From positions 73,578-137,577 of the forward strand of contig CBDESZ010000007.1 of assembly GCA_965242725.1 (NCBI GenBank): a stretch of 64,000 bases of DNA. Reading direction: 5' to 3'. Shown here one piece after another: positions 58,488 to 64,000 of the stretch. The notes under the pieces are model-generated. The model was not told the origin of the DNA. It searched no databases and worked only from the letters and a program-made list of their open reading frames with translations. The DNA comes from Alkalispirochaeta sp. GTDB lineage: Bacteria > Spirochaetota > Spirochaetia > DSM-27196 > Alkalispirochaetaceae. Position numbers and translations under genes: made by a program. Position 1 is the stretch's first letter. Every line of letters starts with the position of its first letter.

Positions 58488-60233
58488 GTGATTCGGAACG
58501 TTCCCGGGCGCCCTTCCTCCCGCCGTACCACGGCTTCCGTTCTCGCCGCGGCCGGTGTCGCGACGGGAATACTTCTCCTCCTCAACCTCCCCTTGTCCCT
58601 CTTTGTCTGGTTTCCGCCGGGGGAATATCAACGTGCCCTCGTACCCGTCCCGGAGAGTATCCTTTTTCTCTGGGTCCTGTACGGATTGGGCCTCGGTACC
58701 GGAGGACGGCGAAACAGACCGGCAGGCGCGCTATTCGGGGCACTCTTCGGCGTTCTCCTGGGGCTTTCCGGGGCGGAGGCGTTTTTCAGGTATTTTTACG
58801 CCCGTTCCTTTGCCGTCCGGGGCGACCTTCCCATGGTCAGGGGCGCGCTGCTGCTCTTCTTCGGCGAAATAGGGCCGATCGTGGACGTTCTCACGCCGCT
58901 CACGATTACCGGGATCATGATGCTCCTGGCCGTGACGGGATGGCTCGTACTGCGGGCGATGTCGTCGGTGCTGGCGATTGTACGTCCCACCTTCGGCGTC
59001 ATTGCGGCTGTCTCCCTCATCGGGATCGTACCGGCGTTGTTCATCGGCCCGCCCCCATCGATCACCGCAACTGTCGTGTCCGCGGCATACGAGGCGGGTG
59101 TCCCGGCCTTTTCACCGCCCTCCGATTCCGGCGATCTATCCGACGGCGAATTCCCCGCCGCCGGAAGTGACGGTCAACGGGAGATTTCCTCCACGGATGA
59201 TTCTCCCGGTGGAGTTGTCGCCGATGAAGGGTCATACCGGCTTCCCGGCCTGAAGGACCGCGATGTGTATGTATTTCTCGTTGAAGCGTATGGATACGCA
59301 TCGGTCAGCAGACCGGAGCTGGCGGAACAGATCAATCCAGCGCGCGATCGCCTGGAAGAGGCGTTGTCGGAAGCGGGGTACGGCGTGGTCACCACATACC
59401 TGGGTTCACCGGTCGCGGGGGGATACTCATGGCTCGCCGACGCAACGCTGCTTACCGGTCAGTGGATCGACTCGCAGGAGCGTTTCCTCCAGCTCTATGG
59501 TGCGGAAGTCCCCTCTCTGGGAGGATTCTTGTATGACGCCGGCTACTACACCTACACCGTCAGGCCCGGAACGGTCCATGAGCCGTGGCCGGAGGGGTGG
59601 GATCTCTTCCGATTCGAGGAGTCGTTGATCGCCTACGGCGGTTCCTTCAACTATCGGGGACCGCGATTCTCATACGTTTCCGTACCCGATCAATACGCCA
59701 TCTGGACCGGCCAGCGGAGGATAGGGGAGCTTACCGCACCGGGCGGTGAAGCCGAAGATCGCCCGTTTTTTGCCTATTTCCAGTTGGTGAGCAGCCATAC
59801 TCCCTTTACCGCAGTGCCCCCGCTGATATCGTCGTGGGATGATCTGGAAGACGGCGAAATATTCAATCGCCGCTCCGATGAAATCCTCCGCTTTGACAAC
59901 TCCTGGACCGGCGGAACGGAGCTCATCGAGGGGTACACCGCCGCCATATCCTATGTCTTTTCCGTCCTGGCGGACTATGTGAAAAACGTCATGGACCACA
60001 GCCGGGATCCTCTCATCGTCATTGTCGGCGACCACGAGCCGCAGAGACCGATCCGTTCACCCCGATCGGAGCTCTCCGTACCCGTTCACATCGCCACCCG
60101 GGATGAGGAAATACTCCGGTGTCTCACCTCCCGCGGCTATGATCGGGGTATACGCCCCACACAGCCGCCGCCTCATCAACGACTGACGACGCTCTTTCCT
60201 ACGATCGTTGAAATAGCCGATACGTGCCGGTGA
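58488..60233 (+). CDS. Membrane-anchored alkaline-phosphatase/sulfatase-superfamily (LTA-synthase-like) protein
   Basis: N-terminal TM segments, VFLVEAYG, GG.SWLA, SSHTP, VGDHEP. Confidence 0.8.
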   Translation: MIRNVPGRPSSRRTTASVLAAAGVATGILLLLNLPLSLFVWFPPGEYQRALVPVPESILFLWVLYGLGLGTGGRRNRPAGALFGALFGVLLGLSGAEAFFRYFYARSFAVRGDLPMVRGALLLFFGEIGPIVDVLTPLTITGIMMLLAVTGWLVLRAMSSVLAIVRPTFGVIAAVSLIGIVPALFIGPPPSITATVVSAAYEAGVPAFSPPSDSGDLSDGEFPAAGSDGQREISSTDDSPGGVVADEGSYRLPGLKDRDVYVFLVEAYGYASVSRPELAEQINPARDRLEEALSEAGYGVVTTYLGSPVAGGYSWLADATLLTGQWIDSQERFLQLYGAEVPSLGGFLYDAGYYTYTVRPGTVHEPWPEGWDLFRFEESLIAYGGSFNYRGPRFSYVSVPDQYAIWTGQRRIGELTAPGGEAEDRPFFAYFQLVSSHTPFTAVPPLISSWDDLEDGEIFNRRSDEILRFDNSWTGGTELIEGYTAAISYVFSVLADYVKNVMDHSRDPLIVIVGDHEPQRPIRSPRSELSVPVHIATRDEEILRCLTSRGYDRGIRPTQPPPHQRLTTLFPTIVEIADTCR

Positions 60234-60269
60234 CCCGCACTTTCCCTTTCACCCCATTCGACGTATCCT

Positions 60270-61058
60270 GTGACTATGCCGACATCCGCTGAGGAGGCGC
60301 GTAAATTTCCCACGATCGATATGCAACCCGTCGCGTTTATCGCACACTATCGACGCTGGAACGTCCAACACGCCGGGATGGTCATTCTTCTCGTTGCCGT
60401 TTCGGAGCTTCCCATTTCCTTTTTTCCGGCGACCGCTCTTCTCGCGGTCTGGGTTGCGCTCTCGATGTTCCGCCTGTGGCGGTTGCGTGCGCTCTCGCCG
60501 GTCGGTTCGCCCTGGGCTGACGCCCTCACCACCGTTCGGACGGTCGCCACGGTACTGTTGCTGTCGGGGCTCTCCATGACGCCGACGGGTGCCGTCCATG
60601 GATTTTTTTCCTCAGGGGGGCGCTGGGTGGTTGTCGGCGCCCTGCTCGCGGTGGAGAGCACCGATTTCTTTGACGGCAGGGTGGCGCGGCGCGGTTTGAT
60701 CGGCCTCTTCGGACCGGTATGGGACATGGAGACGGACTCCGTCTTCGCTCTCGCCCTCGCCATGGCCAACCGCCACCTCCTCGAGGTGGGGCCCTTTGTA
60801 CTTGCCATCGGCCTCATGCGCTTTCTCTACGTCCTTTTCTGGCGCGAAGAGGGATCGCAGGCGCCAAAACCGCATATCTTTGTCCTTTACGCCAAAACGA
60901 CGACGGCAATGCTGGTGGTCGTCATGATTTTCGTCCTTGCGCCCCCGGTGGGTCCCTATCTGAGGCGGGCTGCCCTCCTCATCGTCCTGATGCTGCAGAT
61001 CATTTCATTCGGCTGGGATATGTACCTGCAGCGGCGGTACGGGCCGGAACCACGCTGA
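60270..61058 (+). CDS. CDP-alcohol phosphatidyltransferase family
   Basis: DFFDGRVARR...G..WDMETD signature. Confidence 0.9.
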   Translation: MTMPTSAEEARKFPTIDMQPVAFIAHYRRWNVQHAGMVILLVAVSELPISFFPATALLAVWVALSMFRLWRLRALSPVGSPWADALTTVRTVATVLLLSGLSMTPTGAVHGFFSSGGRWVVVGALLAVESTDFFDGRVARRGLIGLFGPVWDMETDSVFALALAMANRHLLEVGPFVLAIGLMRFLYVLFWREEGSQAPKPHIFVLYAKTTTAMLVVVMIFVLAPPVGPYLRRAALLIVLMLQIISFGWDMYLQRRYGPEPR

Positions 61059-61061
61059 GCG

Positions 61062-62303
61062 ATGGCAAGCACCGTAGCTGTGAATCCCACAAGGGATCTG
61101 TACCTCCTCATCGGCGGAAACGCCGTTTCCGCGGCGGGGAATTCGGTCTATCTCATCGCGGTCACCCTCCTCCTGAAAGAGATGACGGGATCGGCATTCA
61201 TGCTCGGTTTCTTTCAGTTTCTCGCGCTGGCGCCGGGTTTTCTCCTGAGTCCCGTCACGGGCGTCATTGTGGACCGCATGTCACGGCGGACAATCATCGT
61301 CGTCAGCGACCTTCTCCGGGGAGTTTTAATGGTACTGGCCGGCGTTGCCCTGACCGTTCCATGGCTCCGCACTGCTCCGCTCGTGCTGGTGGTGGCATTT
61401 CTCGGCGGCGTAGGGCACGCCATCTTCGTTCCCGCCGTGCACGCCCTCCTTCCGGTGATCGTACCGCCGGGCAGACTGCAGTCGGCAACGGGTCTGCGGG
61501 CGGCGAGCTCTCAGCTCTCCGGCCTTGCCGGCAACGCCGCAGGGGGGGCGCTCTTTACTGTGCTTGGAGGTCCGGTCCTCTTTGTCCTGAACGGTATCAC
61601 CTTCTTTCTCTCCGCCGTCCAGGAACTCTTCATCAGGGGCGGACGGGAGCCGGTCGGCCGGGACAGCAATCAGTCGATGATCGCCATGGCCCGGGAAGGT
61701 TTTCAGGCGGTCATACGGGATCGTCCCCTCCAGTCGCTCATGCTTTCACAGGGCGGGCTCTTTCTCATTTCACCGTTTCTGGTCGTGGCGTTGCCCTTTC
61801 TCGTCATGGATGAGCTGGGACTGTCGGAAGCGGCGGTGGGAATGTACCTCGCCGCGGCACTGGCAGGGGGGATCGCCGCATTTTCGGTCCTGCGAAGGGT
61901 GAACAGGGAGACTCTTCTGACGGCGGCCTTTCACGGCTACGCCTATCTCGGACTGGGATTCGCCTTTGCCGGCGTCGCCATCGCTCCCGGACCGGCGGTA
62001 CTCCTGGCGGTCGCCGTCATCTCCGGAGCGGCGGCGGGAACGGTATACCTCGTCACGATTTCGTGGATACAGACCCGTCGCGCCCCCCGCCTTCACGGCC
62101 GCCTCTATGCGATTCTGGAAGCGGGCAACTCCGCTCTCGCTCCGGCGGGATATCTCGTGGCGGGAATCCTTCTTGAACTCACCGGTTCCCGCTCACGGCC
62201 CCTGATTTTTGCCGCGGTGGCGGCGGCCGCGGTCATTTGGGGCGTGACCGTGGTGGGAAACAGGCGGCGGTATTTCCCGTACCGGATTACTGAAGATGAG
62301 TAG
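61062..62303 (+). CDS. MFS transporter (Mef/H+ antiporter-like exporter)
   Basis: GVIVDRMSRR..IV.SDLLR, ~12 TM segments. Confidence 0.88.
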   Translation: MASTVAVNPTRDLYLLIGGNAVSAAGNSVYLIAVTLLLKEMTGSAFMLGFFQFLALAPGFLLSPVTGVIVDRMSRRTIIVVSDLLRGVLMVLAGVALTVPWLRTAPLVLVVAFLGGVGHAIFVPAVHALLPVIVPPGRLQSATGLRAASSQLSGLAGNAAGGALFTVLGGPVLFVLNGITFFLSAVQELFIRGGREPVGRDSNQSMIAMAREGFQAVIRDRPLQSLMLSQGGLFLISPFLVVALPFLVMDELGLSEAAVGMYLAAALAGGIAAFSVLRRVNRETLLTAAFHGYAYLGLGFAFAGVAIAPGPAVLLAVAVISGAAAGTVYLVTISWIQTRRAPRLHGRLYAILEAGNSALAPAGYLVAGILLELTGSRSRPLIFAAVAAAAVIWGVTVVGNRRRYFPYRITEDE

Positions 62304-62378
62304 GATTCTTTTCCGACAACTTCACTTTCCTGTCCAGTTTTCGGTTGCGCCGCATCTGAATTCGGGGTAGATCGAAGT

Positions 62379-63433
62379 ATGAAGATTACCGATCCCCTCC
62401 TGGTGGAGGAGTACTACGGCGCCCTGCTCACTCGGAACAGTGAATATCTCGGTTCATTCGTCGTCGGTGTTCGATCAACGGGTATTTGCTGCCTCCCCAC
62501 CTGCCACGCCCGCAAGCCGAAACGGGAGCACACGGAGTTCTTTTCAGACGTGGGCGACGCCATTCGCGCGGGATACCGACCGTGCAAAATCTGCCGCCCC
62601 ACCCGAAAACGGCGGGAGCCCGCCGCCTCAGGTACGCCGCGCCCTGGAGATGGTCTCGCACAACCTGGAGCAGAGAATCACCGACGGTGCGCTCCGGTCG
62701 GCGGGAATTTCACCGACGCAGGTGCGCCGCTGGTGCCGCCGGAATCTGGGCTGCACCTTTCACGGGTATCAGCGTATGGTGCGCATGAACGAGGCATACC
62801 GCTCCCTCGCCGCGGGCGTCTCCGTCACGGATACCGCCTTTTCCGGCGGGTATGAATCTCTCAGCGGATTCCGCGAGCGCTTTCAGGCGGTGGTGAAGAC
62901 GACCCCTTCCCTTGCGACGGAACGCCGGGTGGTGCGATACCGCCGCATCGATACGCCCCTTGGCCCGATGATCGTCGGGGCGACGGATGAGGGTGTATGC
63001 CTCCTTGAGTTTACCGACCGACGGATGCTTGAGACGCAGATTGCAACGTTGAAACGTCGCCTCAACGCTGAGTTTGTGGCGGGGAATCACGACCTGATCG
63101 ACCGGTGTCACACCCAACTCGATGAGTACTTCGCCGGGCGTCGTCGTCAGTTCGATATACCGTTGGAGACGCCGGGAACGGATTTCCAGAGAGCGGTGTG
63201 GAACATGCTGCGGGAGATTCCCTACGGAGAGACGCGCAGCTACGGCCGGGCAGGCGGAGGCGATCGGCAGACCCGCGGCGGTACGGGCGGTGGCGTCCGC
63301 AAACGGCCACAATCGCGTCGCCATCGTGATTCCCTGTCACCGCGTAATCGGTGCGGACGGCAGTCTTACCGGATATGGCGGGGGACTCTCCCGGAAGCGG
63401 TGGCTCCTGCGCCACGAAGGCGTGGAAATATAG
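62379..63433 (+). CDS. ada: Bifunctional Ada transcriptional activator / O6-methylguanine methyltransferase; two apparent +1 frameshifts (~62603, ~63248)
   Basis: Ada Zn domain C.P.C...RPCKIC, AraC HTH (GYESLSGF), PYGETRSY and IPCHRV spread across three frames. Confidence 0.9.
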
Positions 63434-63520
63434 CGTCTTTGTCGGTACGTCACGGCTCCCCGGGAGACGCCGCGGGGCGTGTACTTCGGTTTTTTTCCCG
63501 ATAGGGATAGACTGGGAACC

Positions 63521-64000
63521 ATGGAATATCCAGATTTTTCACTCACTGACATGAATGTCGTCATTACCGGAGCGAGCCAGGGAATCGGCCGCGGGCTTGC
63601 CCTCGGGACTGGCTCACGCGGGAGCGCGGGTGGCCCTCATCGCCCGTAACGAGGAGCGCCTCGGAGAGGTGGTTTCCGAGGTTGCCGCGGCGGGAGGCAC
63701 GGCGCGGGCATATGGAGCGGATCTCCGAGATGTTGCGGCGATCCGGTCGGTTTTTTGACCGCATCGTGGAGGATATGGGCGGAATCGATGTGCTCGTCAA
63801 CAATGCGGGCCTCGGCAAAACCCGTTCCCTCCATCGATGTGGACGAGGAGTACTGGGACCATATGGTCTCCCTCAACCTGAAGGGAGCCTTTTTCTGCAG
63901 CCAGGCGGCGGGCAGGGTGATGCTTGAGGCGGGACGGGGGCAGGATCGTCAATATGAGTTCCCAGGCGAGCATTACCGCCATCCCCGAAGAGTCCGTCTA
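63521..64000 (+). CDS. Classical SDR oxidoreductase, runs off window end; four apparent +1 frameshifts
   Basis: TGASQGIG, DLRD, LVNNAG, NLKG.F, G.IVNMSS reassembled across frames. Confidence 0.85.

Overview
Chromosomal-looking, GC-rich bacterial DNA, most likely from a free-living spirochaete (Spirochaetota). This is inferred from the 'A(S/A/G)G-x-x-E' sugar-binding-protein signal peptides, spirochaete-type lipoproteins, a Tpp15-like FMN-binding protein and a HEAT-repeat protein. I found no rRNA, tRNA, CRISPR array, prophage or intact transposase. Main content: (i) four carbohydrate ABC importer clusters, none with its own ATPase, linked respectively to DUF6772/DUF6385-like genes plus a two-component system, GH31 plus LacI, GH3 plus a LacI-domain histidine kinase and NarL regulator, and a sulfatase-like protein plus CDP-alcohol phosphotransferase plus MFS; (ii) a WYL-regulated detox-type locus; (iii) a 19.4-27 kb plasticity zone with intact yefM-yoeB, two decayed TA modules, an IS256 relic and three copies of an unannotated ~50-60 bp direct repeat bracketing single cargo modules; (iv) UPF0182, PilZ, DMT, PhzF and an ECF42 sigma/DGPF operon with its cognate promoter; (v) a BCCT transporter, an orphan betaine-binding protein and a trypsin-fold protein lacking catalytic His and Ser. 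The best candidates for undescribed systems are that BCCT/SBP/pseudoprotease trio and the repeat-delimited cassette stack. Eight +1 homopolymer frameshifts, mostly near the window ends, are probably sequencing errors. Family names come from motif recognition, not database searches.
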